Source: a virus. From it: a stretch of DNA of 64,000 bases. The position numbers and the translations under genes were made by a program. The notes below the pieces were generated by a model. The model saw nothing but the letters and a program-made list of their open reading frames with translations. It made no database searches and was not told the DNA's origin. The DNA lies in the IMG/VR virus record IMGVR_UViG_3300045988_061891. One strand, given 5' to 3'. Shown piece after piece: positions 49,301 to 55,263 of the stretch (within the stretch, counting starts at the first letter, position 1; every line of letters begins with the position of its first letter).

Positions 49301-49393
49301 AGCTATAACTTCAGCAGAGTTAAGGCCCTTTACAGTTACTAGTTTTGCTATATTATCAACTAGTGTACTATTGATATAAGGGCATTTAATCAT
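40364..49393 (-). CDS. Giant crAss-type virion RNA polymerase-like protein (~3009 aa)
   Basis: The track ORF 40364..49507 is trimmed to Met39 (ATG at 49393) because the 5' extension covers promoter P4. SGTDFDIDKLF (DxDxD, nt 43391-43405) is the metal-binding signature I recall for crAss-like vRNAPs. The size and adjacency to cargo-type genes fit. Confidence 0.6.
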   Translation of the reverse strand: MIKCPYINSTLVDNIAKLVTVKGLNSAEVIAGVNGYLTRHPAVTLEQLLSDRTTLNTVMQSVRDRQRSKEQLIDKLWVATKWYTRDEVALDENTLYIFTDNTDRDSGSEGIADDSWYAKKYGKGHHYPKTTTAILRGLDNARPISTQRWYHEGAKGNTGRWTDADFDEFKQVIDDEFDSIEEAWKSGKFKTIVLPKNGLFNSSISGLNSTRTPKLYNYLLEKYMKLVDMTVEGAPRDNSKVGEANLAIIDSESYQKSIDKMTVAKTPDTLYIYAESAQQRQALTGEKSPMKGVEDIEEDKRNNALNRSTSSGIVRTDVNGNPNKNAMGLVTRKNRNGVSQAKMTEDDFETWKQVIDADIQAIKEALFGGKFKRVVFPSSITGELSRQMADYLQDQLQKELGILSQVISTQGDKFKVELNPVVAPKKSSSRPSSKRAETTEEKNVKTAKEKRIEAAKESLTEQRPTEAMAVESDLTNTLLQAFPDIHERKAKVDFITTKFSDDLTWLIESELEYLNSIPEEDLDTQYKDTSLTYRQMKDGLTRGDYSKIRLFALENLRVDVLDFDDNLQGYRSIMDNFFHIKSQNEEDYMDGTMWAMVKAVAASEVDELTEVLQDESSYLGKYFMLEAAQKGWIKSSNTLAKRASARAAHLKSVFETLSDEKVWTAVLDEARFDLDVNEGIVITDIQFAPSKEELENSELDEENLNVGKMDFIMKYRLRDPWTTLSAKMKSVLSSITKMKRDYNGAIEVMFNDLGMPIRMNSSYVYYVLLDELSDSISIEDFDNKLDMMLAKYPWMSSIVSKVKVTEGKEDEFDFDLRKEFYRAANKAYVEYGYVSGSNGRFTSCNVTSASEVLFDNMQKNYEGGVILSEKYSVYDEYGRPSNNIAAILGSFSNTRKLRDRELLKVHSPLLFAETALRDFAKAATPDLSRLADALAVLRGDKVPTRDKNGNVTGETTPNKITLEELLKAIGIDTDNLDINSLVPSLEPTDDYSFSLSPTTGDVMRVNNETEEVEVALTRNQIGRLSTLLNVIKETINNFNNTGNPLVQDNKARVQLIASIVGVVSEGFTQNMFRFGDKSRPSYTAPNFIDRMTGTIRLSSETEALEYIYQNFTKFDFFKDNQLLNSMTDIRSKGSSFVAEILRKNFSYVQLLAIGGRDTKNEIQRVSEEALLEGIINMYFTANSDAGINFAYYRNPLFSDADAMTFFKLRRYTAEQEYDDEGNLATGDYKERIIKYLVQSVKQELKRISAVRKRTNGRNVEFFNEGGTESRGAQFNFFPEFNKKEVFDELMDMYEFNEDIESKGQWEARVNKELTNRIKALLEAGFKKLSTSVSESFKISLYDRLHSESKDTDKSQIGNEDDVLDTDGFDEEEDSEDSEESENNQSKLEEKAAKLSEAESYLEEFFYNDYFAQNQLIQILGGDLAYYKNFTDFIKRNKQAFAGGERLYYQDKDGNELVERGLYVEDVYRASNTLSELSKMLDEIEGLGIVEKGLLKKSFASICLTDGQSFRVLDSFKTVFEAMGGKWTQDMNDTYQRLQNGTFNREDFKTFLSAIKPFVFTYEESRHNGRLEKIVTQHKNSEYLLSAAFSFLNSPVNQSTALQALQEFMKRDDVGLDVVHFHSVVKEGFNNSIDISHDPEKFAAQAEKGFIRVGNKKIDAPSYSEFIKNLGAALVNEEITSEEYNKAIDNLEFSTKEAVMEYLEKQLMVEVDGMAYIRPEMVHEVPLRDYMVMQPTDDHLTDTQALEGSQGRNIIPADLPETFTMTVNINGKSTVLNREQAIAYYNELHDRQYIESFEKLAKSFSDMKSVEGMLQSAMRQQPAKFSSDFRRAATIDATGEEFWIPFNTPLMTGKIEDLFLSNFKNHIQNQRINGGNAVLVSNIGLHDKLHVKYKVVKGADGKEHKAVEYIPCYLSYTMKDQLEDFLTEADDGTFSLDYEEMRRVLGKDADSILEAIGYRIPTEDKYSMFPLRIAGFMPSIGGSVIMLPSDIITMSGTDFDIDKLFIMLKTLRRETYDRRQLAYEYNKWLSQNQLDGNSEMKEFFEAWDGFLEEEERDKGKTRPEILNAIEEAETESFTDERTIRRLTRGSHGMTDQEVESLRANSETFNAFMDELGYTLKFDKPSYKILTPKPVTDSHNNLDLEATLQNSNKEERDNMIIDFMFKTLTSPEGSRLMMRMGHFTSPQNSSRQQRIMKSPAALAAFLRLRCKGDVNLLYRALSEPQNPENTLWKELEDFYNKFSEVVNPMDITGYVSTRKNLMDGNDLIGILALNSSAHYKLQFLNLRLKEGNQVVFNGMVLDKIDQVYSPVNGKRIGELCAQLQAAAPDNGKNPCLGDMNLSPATADLAGFLVRLGIGIEDIGMILNATDLFNYGKQIAKENKVRLADKHRTFDLNMNELTAVRAKLKLGQELTEEDKSFMKMFYIWRTKAEKSASQLALLSPVLKCDSSNGALSSDMATAIRQILTFEKIRTAIQDRAYSRDYPIEGVQNLVDFTLDPNDRRFLTNGAFDKEKFEAELKKAPIPRIQAVYSLGFVGARGLLENRLSQFSRASFNRMNTFMAFTDLDLRRNNSIPIIKQLLSEYNMFLLTRHSLFGKDDEHSLIEKRNYYIHDFPIKLKVMLQLKDSEGNYRYPHIRNLEAIRRLSNRNNRGIKMDNMGKIRPEIRKWYTESFDQLINMGDNISKEERELAKKLAVDLALYSFFDNGMTFRHNSFSNFFSSVFLSSIPGLIDAYREVDSRVAQSEPIMDSRFIMQFIMNHPESARKLKHKQITWETGRDNEAFRLKIDKEGTFPLNSRYLIRRENGTVEQGFLPIIALKIKGKYELFASNGDQSNPVYTRIEGRQYAQGKPDGTLIYDATRDVADIDYKSVKDRGDSNFKVSELAKGSKRKSRVSEDLVVDNFNDDPFAVSSQKNHSVSVTDPSPDVSFDDNAEDPYSSSTAGFASSDNLQDPYQSVGMVQYASNAARMEGDTVGLSTGNLWSKSNWTSTTTADLNAEFDKLDSKDHGLCK
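45253..45279 (-). repeat. Three tandem 9-nt units encoding an acidic EDSEDSEES patch inside the RNAP-like gene
   Basis: + strand cagattctt cagaatctt cagaatctt, lying within the acidic insert GFDEEEDSEDSEESENN. Confidence 0.7.
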
Positions 49394-49412
49394 ATTATTT
49401 ATAAGTTTTGTG

Positions 49413-49444
49413 CAAAGGTAAGTAAATTTCTTTATATAACCAAC
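49413..49444 (-). promoter_or_regulatory. Bacteroidota-type promoter P4 (GTTGGT-N18-TACCTTTG) driving the RNAP-like gene
   Basis: The reverse complement of 49413-49420 is TACCTTTG and that of 49439-49444 is GTTGGT. The ATG lies 19 nt downstream. Confidence 0.6.
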
Positions 49445-49500
49445 AATATAAGGAAAAAACTGAAGGCTATTAATAATTGTGTTTGTGTAGAGAAAATAAA

Positions 49501-49538
49501 TGCCCATGTAACTCCATAAATATAAAGCTACATGGGCA
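49501..49538 (-). terminator. Intrinsic terminator ending the replication operon
   Basis: Perfect 10-bp inverted repeat tgcccatgta / tacatgggca with an 18-nt loop. On the - strand it is followed by tttattttctct. Confidence 0.6.
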
Positions 49539-49559
49539 AAAGAAGTTATTTAGGTGAGT

Positions 49560-49832
49560 TTATATGACATTTTCAAAATAACAATGCTTTTCTACTTGAT
49601 TTGCTTTCTGAAATGGCGTTGGCCCTGGGCTATAAGAATTTGAAACAAACTGAGATTGACCGTTTCTACTCACCAACATATTTTGGGTCTCAAATGTCTC
49701 GCCAGGAAATTTTGTTCCAAGAAAATTTGCGCGTTCTAATGCACTCGAAAAGTACTTCTGAGAGTTTCTCTGATGAAGAGTATCATACTGATTTAATGCA
49801 AAAAGGCTCTCCTGTATAAATTGACAAATCAT
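49560..49832 (-). CDS. Hypothetical 90-aa protein, coding status uncertain
   Basis: Co-oriented with its neighbours. It starts 31 nt after the upstream stop and ends 21 nt before the terminator hairpin. An opposite-strand ORF of similar length also exists. Confidence 0.35.
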   Translation of the reverse strand: MICQFIQESLFALNQYDTLHQRNSQKYFSSALERANFLGTKFPGETFETQNMLVSRNGQSQFVSNSYSPGPTPFQKANQVEKHCYFENVI

Positions 49833-49863
49833 ATTTAAATAATCCTATTCTTTGTTGATGAAT

Positions 49864-50517
49864 TCATTTATTGTTGCTAAGGGAGTTAGGATAATATAAG
49901 AGAGTTCCCATAGAGTTCTTATGGACATCTACATCAGGAAATGCCTCACTGAATGCTTTGGTATTGAAAGGTTTTACAATGAGATGAATCCCTTGTTTAG
50001 TAGGCACTTCAGCATAGATATAACTATCCTCCACTTCTTTAAGTGCTTCTACTGAAATATCAGAACCTTTCCTCCCCCAAGCCTCTGCATATAACTCAAA
50101 GAGTTTCTCTTTGATAGAGTCCTTCATGGACACATCATCTATATCCACAATCCACTTGGGCATCCTTGACTTGAGTTCACCTGCTGCACTGTTAAGGCAC
50201 TTTCTTGGATTTCTTACAAGACCTTGATGAATGTCACTTGCAAGCTTTACCAACATCAACTTCTGTAAAGCATCAAAGTCTTTACCAGCAAGATTGATAT
50301 AAGCCCTAGCTCCATAATGTTCACACAAGAGAATAATCTCAGGCATAATTCTTTCAAGATGTTCTCTACTCCTAATGAAGTAAGTTTTGATAGCACCCTC
50401 CCTCACTTTCTCTCCTTTGTGGTCTTTAGCTCTCTGCACAATTTGACAGTGCATGAACATATTGTTAGCTTCATTGAAGTAGAAGTGAGGAAGGATAAGT
50501 TTAATGTTATTTATCAT
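49864..50517 (-). CDS. Hypothetical protein, possible archaeo-eukaryotic primase (AEP)-fold enzyme
   Basis: 217 aa. KWIVDIDD (DxD-like), then TKQGIHLIV (sGxGxH-like) ~45 residues later, then DVDVHKN. The order and spacing resemble AEP motifs I-III. Confidence 0.3.
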   Translation of the reverse strand: MINNIKLILPHFYFNEANNMFMHCQIVQRAKDHKGEKVREGAIKTYFIRSREHLERIMPEIILLCEHYGARAYINLAGKDFDALQKLMLVKLASDIHQGLVRNPRKCLNSAAGELKSRMPKWIVDIDDVSMKDSIKEKLFELYAEAWGRKGSDISVEALKEVEDSYIYAEVPTKQGIHLIVKPFNTKAFSEAFPDVDVHKNSMGTLLYYPNSLSNNK

Positions 50518-51097
50518 AATTAGTATTTCTGTATTTCTTTAGTGCCTCTTGATATTGAGGTGTTTTAGAGTAACCACATGGGTTCATGAACTCAGGACAG
50601 AATCCTCTGTAAATACACTCAGGTACCATCTTTTCTGCCATAACAGGGTCAATCTTTCTTATAGACTCCTGTACCTGTTTCCATGCCGCCCTTGTTTCGG
50701 GGGAAGCACAGTTACATAATCTTTTTCTTGAGATATTTATTAGAGCTTGAGCATTAGCAGACATATCCATATCATTCTCTGCACCCTGAGGAAGCTGGTC
50801 TCTTGTCTCAACACCATACTCTTCAAAGATAGCCCTCCTATCACCCCTCTGGCTATGTACCATCTTCTCACAGCCTTCATGGTGCCTTACTATATGAGTA
50901 GTTACCCATTGTTTAATACTGCCCCAAGTCCATTCAAACTCTACAAGCCTGATAGGACTATGTTCTGCAAGAAGCATCTTTGCTTTCCATGAGTCAGAGG
51001 GTTCTTTATCAAGTGGCTCTTTACCTATGGTTCTCCTAGCAGCATTGAGTGCCCTTTTCCATAGAGTAACTTTTTCCATTCTGAGTATTTTACTCAT
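50507..51097 (-). CDS. thyX: Flavin-dependent thymidylate synthase (ThyX-like)
   Basis: 196 aa. VRHHEGCEKMVHSQRGDRR resembles the ThyX RHR-x-x-S-x4-SQR signature. The later RKRLCNCASPETRAAW resembles the R-x-C-x-x-AQ-x-EIR segment. Confidence 0.6.
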   Translation of the reverse strand: MSKILRMEKVTLWKRALNAARRTIGKEPLDKEPSDSWKAKMLLAEHSPIRLVEFEWTWGSIKQWVTTHIVRHHEGCEKMVHSQRGDRRAIFEEYGVETRDQLPQGAENDMDMSANAQALINISRKRLCNCASPETRAAWKQVQESIRKIDPVMAEKMVPECIYRGFCPEFMNPCGYSKTPQYQEALKKYRNTNYDK

Positions 51098-51282
51098 ATC
51101 TTAGCCTCCTTTCTAAAAGTCGCCATAGCTTCTCTTAGCCTATCACTAATGTGTTTTAAGCCTGTGCAATCATAGTCTGCACCATAGTAATCTATCGCTA
51201 AAACTGCACTTCTGACAGCACTCAATAAAGTTCTGACAGCACTCAACAAAGATATTGTTGCCTGTAATTCTTTCTTAGTCAT
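51094..51282 (-). CDS. Hypothetical small protein with an internal 7-aa tandem repeat
   Basis: 62 aa. LLSAVRT-LLSAVRS is encoded by a 21-nt tandem duplication. Confidence 0.45.
   Translation of the reverse strand: MTKKELQATISLLSAVRTLLSAVRSAVLAIDYYGADYDCTGLKHISDRLREAMATFRKEAKI
51210..51251 (-). repeat. 21-nt tandem duplication (2 units, 1 mismatch), in frame
   Basis: + strand ttctgacagcactcaataaag / ttctgacagcactcaacaaag. Confidence 0.85.
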
Positions 51283-51288
51283 AAATTC

Positions 51289-51546
51289 TTAGTTTTGTGT
51301 AAGACCCTTAATAAACCCATTGATAGTACTGGACTTGGTGACCCCAGTCCATCTATTGAGCATCTCATTATTATCATCTAAAAGAATCATTGTAGGTATA
51401 GACCCGACAGCGTACTTAGCCGCAGAGTCATCGTCCTCATCAATATCAATAACCTCAAGTTCTACATCTATAGGGTTCTTCTCAAACTCTTTGGTCTGTA
51501 CCTTGCAAGGACCACACCAACTTGCTTTAAACTGTAATAGTTTCAT
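51289..51546 (-). CDS. trx: Thioredoxin
   Basis: 85 aa. It has the WCGPC active site near the N-terminus (FKASWCGPCK) and the thioredoxin-typical IPTMILL segment. Confidence 0.8.
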   Translation of the reverse strand: MKLLQFKASWCGPCKVQTKEFEKNPIDVELEVIDIDEDDDSAAKYAVGSIPTMILLDDNNEMLNRWTGVTKSSTINGFIKGLTQN

Positions 51547-51577
51547 TTTAGTATCTTTCCTTTATGTTTTACTATGT

Positions 51578-51760
51578 CTACTTTATTAAATTATTTTCTT
51601 TGATTAATCTTCTGGCAATTACATCTACAAGAGTCTGAGGAATACTGATATGTCTTCCCTTATTGTTATAGTATACGTCATGACCTCCTTTGCTTCTTAC
51701 ATATTCAAAGCCATTCTGTCTGACCAACTTAACAAATTCTCTTCTAGCGTATTGTTTCAT
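51578..51760 (-). CDS. hicA: HicA-like (YcfA family) small protein with no adjacent HicB
   Basis: 60 aa. FVKLVRQNGFEYVRSKGGHDVYYNNKGRHISIP...IARRLIKENNL matches the HicA pattern (L-x-x-x-GF...GSH...vP...l-x-x-i-x-K-x-x-x-L). Confidence 0.5.
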   Translation of the reverse strand: MKQYARREFVKLVRQNGFEYVRSKGGHDVYYNNKGRHISIPQTLVDVIARRLIKENNLIK

Positions 51761-52317
51761 TCTTTCCAGAGAATAGATAGTCTTTTGAAGTCTTCACCCT
51801 TAGGAACAGGGCAGTCCTTTATCCACTCTATATCCTTAACTTTCCATATGGACAAGTCAATATCTTCAGGAAGCATATCCTTTATATTCTTAAAGAGGTT
51901 GAGTCTCAATGAAGGTTTCAGCCGGGGATTCTCAGCAAGAAACATCCCAAGTATCTTATTAAGTCTGATAAACCTCTTGACATCATCCTTGCTATGGGGA
52001 GTGAGAACTATACCGTCAACCACATTGAGCAGTTGTCTTATAGGGAGGTAGGATGCAATGGAGGTATATACATATATCTTCGGAGCATCCTCTTCTGGGT
52101 ATAGCATGGGTCTGAGGGTCTTTATTAACCATGCAAGTTCTACCACCTTATCTACAAACAGAAGAGGCTCACCTCCTGTAATCATGACTTCATCATAGTC
52201 AAAGCTTGTAACTGAAGGAAGTTTACTGAAATCCCATGAATTGTTACAGCACAATGGGCAATGGTTAGGACAGTCTGTTGTTACTAACAGTCGAAGTTTT
52301 CTATTTCTTTCCATCAT
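51757..52317 (-). CDS. Small radical SAM enzyme (COG0602 NrdG/QueE-like), second copy in the window
   Basis: 186 aa. CPNHCPLC (CxxxCxxC) lies at residues 16-23 and ITGGEPLL is the SAM-binding GGE motif. Confidence 0.65.
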   Translation of the reverse strand: MMERNRKLRLLVTTDCPNHCPLCCNNSWDFSKLPSVTSFDYDEVMITGGEPLLFVDKVVELAWLIKTLRPMLYPEEDAPKIYVYTSIASYLPIRQLLNVVDGIVLTPHSKDDVKRFIRLNKILGMFLAENPRLKPSLRLNLFKNIKDMLPEDIDLSIWKVKDIEWIKDCPVPKGEDFKRLSILWKE

Positions 52318-52319
52318 TT

Positions 52320-52502
52320 CTATTTTTTGCTGTTTTTATTTATCATCTCGGCAAGTGCTTTCTTTGCTTCTACTAAAGCCTTCTGAGCCTTACTGTTTCC
52401 CTCCAATTCACCATATTCCTGTTCAAATATGTATGTTATTATCTGGTTATACAGTTTAAGTGCAGCCCTTGCCTTTGTTTTGCAACTATAGTTTATTCCC
52501 AT
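52320..52502 (-). CDS. Hypothetical small helical protein
   Basis: 60-aa ORF that fills the gap between neighbouring genes on the same strand. Confidence 0.4.
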   Translation of the reverse strand: MGINYSCKTKARAALKLYNQIITYIFEQEYGELEGNSKAQKALVEAKKALAEMINKNSKK

Positions 52503-52920
52503 CTGTCAACATTTTTATTTTATCATATATGTACCAGACAGCCTTTTCTAAGTCCTGAATGGTCTTCTCTTTGTTAGTCATTCCTTCCTCTGACTTATGC
52601 CCAGCTCGTAGTAAATATTTGACTGCATTACCTATATCAAAGTCAAGATGCCTGGTAATGTCAATTACTTCAATACCACACTTCTCTTTAAGCCAAGTAT
52701 AGTGACTGGGATGATTGACTTTATCCTCTTTAACAAGAGTAGCCTCGGCGGGAATAAAGTACTCTTTGTTCTCTATAATTTCAGGTGTTCGAAGTGCCCT
52801 TTTGTCGCCTCTTTTTATATTGACAATAGTATTGCCATTAAAGAGGGCCACTCTATCTCCTTTATTAGCAAACCTTATGTCCTCTATAAAGAAGTCTTTT
52901 ATGCAAATATATTCTTTCAT
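52486..52920 (-). CDS. DUF3310-like protein
   Basis: The track ORF is trimmed to Met28 (ATG 52920), which avoids overlap with polA. VNHPSHY...EVIDITRHLDFDIGNAVKYLLRAGHK...DLEKAVWYI matches the DUF3310 pattern as I recall it. Confidence 0.5.
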   Translation of the reverse strand: MKEYICIKDFFIEDIRFANKGDRVALFNGNTIVNIKRGDKRALRTPEIIENKEYFIPAEATLVKEDKVNHPSHYTWLKEKCGIEVIDITRHLDFDIGNAVKYLLRAGHKSEEGMTNKEKTIQDLEKAVWYIYDKIKMLTDGNKL

Positions 52921-52933
52921 TGTTATTTCTATT

Positions 52934-55003
52934 TTAATGAATCCAATAAGTTGGTAAAGTTCCATCTTTAAGCCTTGAAACCTCTGCCTCAAGAGGAACA
53001 ATCCTGCAAATGAACCTGCCTGCTTTTACCATACACTCGTGAAGCTTATCAGCTACCATTTCTGCCATATATTCAGGAGCCTCAATATTGAACTCATCAT
53101 GTGCTGGTATACAGAACTTTACAATGCCAAACAGGTTATTATCCACCACCCATTTAAATAGGTTTACAGCACATATCTTAAAGATAGCACTGCCCCTTGA
53201 TTGGATAGGATAGTTGATACTCTGTCTCTCTGATGCTGACTTTCTTTTGAAATAGTGCCTGACATCTTCCACAAGTGGGTCTGATGGGTCTTCTGCTTTT
53301 AGTCTTCTATATCTTGCCCAGAACTCTTGATTGAATTGTTTCTGTACTTTATCCAAGTCCTCGAAGTCATATATATATGCTCTGAAACCTACCTCTGGAC
53401 ACGTGTTTATATATCCAAGTTGCATCACAACCCTTCTCTGATGAGACTGATATGCTGCCACACCTGGAAAACCCTTCTTATAGTTAGCCTCAATAGCTCT
53501 TGCTTCTTCCTCTGGTATATGGTCTCTACCAATCAGAGTATTGGCGTCTCCACCATAAGCAAAGGTAAATTCAGGAGCCTTGGCTTTCTTCCTTAGGTCA
53601 GGTCTTAGTTTCTTGACCTGCTCTACGGGAATATCCCTTAATTCATCAGGGTAAACCATCTTGGCTACCAGAGAATGCAAGTCTCCACAACCATGTAGAA
53701 ACAAGTCTATCATAGCCTTGTCCTTGGATATATTAGCCAATATTACAGACTCTTCTCCACTATAGTCAGCACTAATCCATTTATTGCCTGTCTCTGATAT
53801 AAAACAAGCTCTTGTCTCTGCATCAGCAGGGAGATTCTGAAGATTCACCAATGGCACTTTCTTACCTGGTATAACCTCCTTATCATCACCTCCACCTGAG
53901 CTATATCTGTGAGTATCTGTTCCTATTTGATTGAAGGAAGTATGTATTCTTCCTGTCTTTGGGTTGATGAGGTCTAGGAAATTCTGTCCATAGGTACTTG
54001 TCACCTTCTGTGCAGCCTTGAATCTCAAATAGACCTTGGCTATAGGGTGCTTATTTATCTGTCCTTCAATTACAGTAGCATCCACAGATTTCTTCATTCC
54101 ACCTTTGACTTTATCTCTGGTCATAAGGTCAAAACCAAAGAACTCCAACAGAGGTATTACCTGCTTTGAACTATTCCAATTGACCTTGCACTTAGGACCA
54201 GCTTTAACAAAGCCAAAGAGGTCAGGATATGCCATCTCTATAAACCTGTCTATACCTTTTGCACCTTCATTATATAAGTCAACTATAAATTTATCCAGTT
54301 CATCCTGAGCCTCCTTCAACTCAGCCTCATCCTTCTTCATCTTGGCTTGCCACTTTTCAGTGTCTAGCCTTACTCCACAGAATTCAAAGTATGCAGTAGG
54401 AAGTACAGCCTTATTCTCTACTTCAAGAGCAAGTTTCTGACCTCTTTCATAGAGTATTGCAGTCTGAGCATTCATAATATCCTCTAGATACTTCACATCA
54501 TTTGCAGCATACTTTACAATTTCATCAGTCAGTTCTTTCTTCCATATAATCTGCCCTCGCACAGTCTTGTCAAGCTTTACTCCAAGATAATTCTCTCCAG
54601 CAGACTTGAGACTTAAAGAGTGCATACCTGAAGGCCAACCTAACCATCTCATCTTCTCTGCAAGAAATCCATCATAGAGGTTCTTTGGAACGATGCCATG
54701 ATAGAAAAGGAATTTTACATCAAACTTCAAGTTCCATCCAATGAATAATCTGTCTGACTCTAGATACTCCTTATACAATTTGACATCTACAGTAGTACAG
54801 TCAATGACAACTTGAAAATCCCTGTTACCAAGCTGAAGCATTAAGAGTTTCTTGAGAAATGGACTAAATCCTTCGGTCTCAGTATCAAGTCCTACAATCT
54901 TCAAAGGTTCGAGGAGCCTTAATGACTCCTCGACACTTATGATTTTGTAAGTTGGGTTGTCAAATATCTGTTGTTGACTACTTACAAGATATATTTGATT
55001 CAT
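52934..55003 (-). CDS. polA: Family A DNA polymerase with a 3'-5' exonuclease domain
   Basis: 689 aa. Exo motifs: GLDTETEG, WNLKFDVKFL, YAANDVKYL. Pol motif A ISADYSGEESVILA, motif B KAKAPEFTFAYGG, motif C IPAHDEF. Confidence 0.85.
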   Translation of the reverse strand: MNQIYLVSSQQQIFDNPTYKIISVEESLRLLEPLKIVGLDTETEGFSPFLKKLLMLQLGNRDFQVVIDCTTVDVKLYKEYLESDRLFIGWNLKFDVKFLFYHGIVPKNLYDGFLAEKMRWLGWPSGMHSLSLKSAGENYLGVKLDKTVRGQIIWKKELTDEIVKYAANDVKYLEDIMNAQTAILYERGQKLALEVENKAVLPTAYFEFCGVRLDTEKWQAKMKKDEAELKEAQDELDKFIVDLYNEGAKGIDRFIEMAYPDLFGFVKAGPKCKVNWNSSKQVIPLLEFFGFDLMTRDKVKGGMKKSVDATVIEGQINKHPIAKVYLRFKAAQKVTSTYGQNFLDLINPKTGRIHTSFNQIGTDTHRYSSGGGDDKEVIPGKKVPLVNLQNLPADAETRACFISETGNKWISADYSGEESVILANISKDKAMIDLFLHGCGDLHSLVAKMVYPDELRDIPVEQVKKLRPDLRKKAKAPEFTFAYGGDANTLIGRDHIPEEEARAIEANYKKGFPGVAAYQSHQRRVVMQLGYINTCPEVGFRAYIYDFEDLDKVQKQFNQEFWARYRRLKAEDPSDPLVEDVRHYFKRKSASERQSINYPIQSRGSAIFKICAVNLFKWVVDNNLFGIVKFCIPAHDEFNIEAPEYMAEMVADKLHECMVKAGRFICRIVPLEAEVSRLKDGTLPTYWIH

Positions 55004-55263
55004 GATTCAAAATTTATTATGACACCTTTTCCTTCTCTCGATATAGATTTGATTATACAGCCGTCAATTATAGTTCCCTTTTGCATAAAGGGCCCACCTG
55101 AAGGGTCTACAAAGCTATAAGTATCGGGGTCTCCTTCTACTATACCCACTCTATAGCCAAACTCAGCATGGAGTGCATAAGACTTTGAGTTCTCATCACC
55201 TATCCTGGTGAGGTAGTTATTATCGTCCCTATATCTTGATTGGAGATTAATTTTCTCTTTCAT
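55000..55263 (-). CDS. Hypothetical small protein
   Basis: 87-aa ORF with 4-nt overlaps on both sides. Confidence 0.45.
   Translation of the reverse strand: MKEKINLQSRYRDDNNYLTRIGDENSKSYALHAEFGYRVGIVEGDPDTYSFVDPSGGPFMQKGTIIDGCIIKSISREGKGVIINFES

Noticed and set aside
49394-49507. The 5' extension of the giant RNAP-like ORF (track start at 49507, MGIYFLYTNTIINSLQFF...)
   Set aside because: These 38 codons overlie the P4 promoter boxes (49413-49444) and have hydrophobic, AT-driven composition. The Met at 49393 lies 19 nt downstream of the TACCTTTG box, the same distance seen at the other three promoters.
49601-49819. 72-aa + strand ORF in the intergenic-like region
   Set aside because: It opposes the transcription direction of the whole arm and has no promoter motif. 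The co-oriented - strand ORF or a non-coding role is more plausible.
49560-49863. Possible tRNA or other small RNA gene
   Set aside because: I found no acceptor/T-arm arrangement. The gttctaat stretch near 49733 lacks complementary 5-bp flanks. The call is by eye only, so a covariance-model scan would be needed.
52921-53001. N-terminal 27 codons of the 171-aa DUF3310-like ORF, which overlap the end of polA
   Set aside because: Starting at Met28 (52920) removes a 68-nt overlap and leaves a 13-nt spacer. The extension peptide (MFLLRQRFQGLKMELYQ...) lies antisense-independent within the polA C-terminus.
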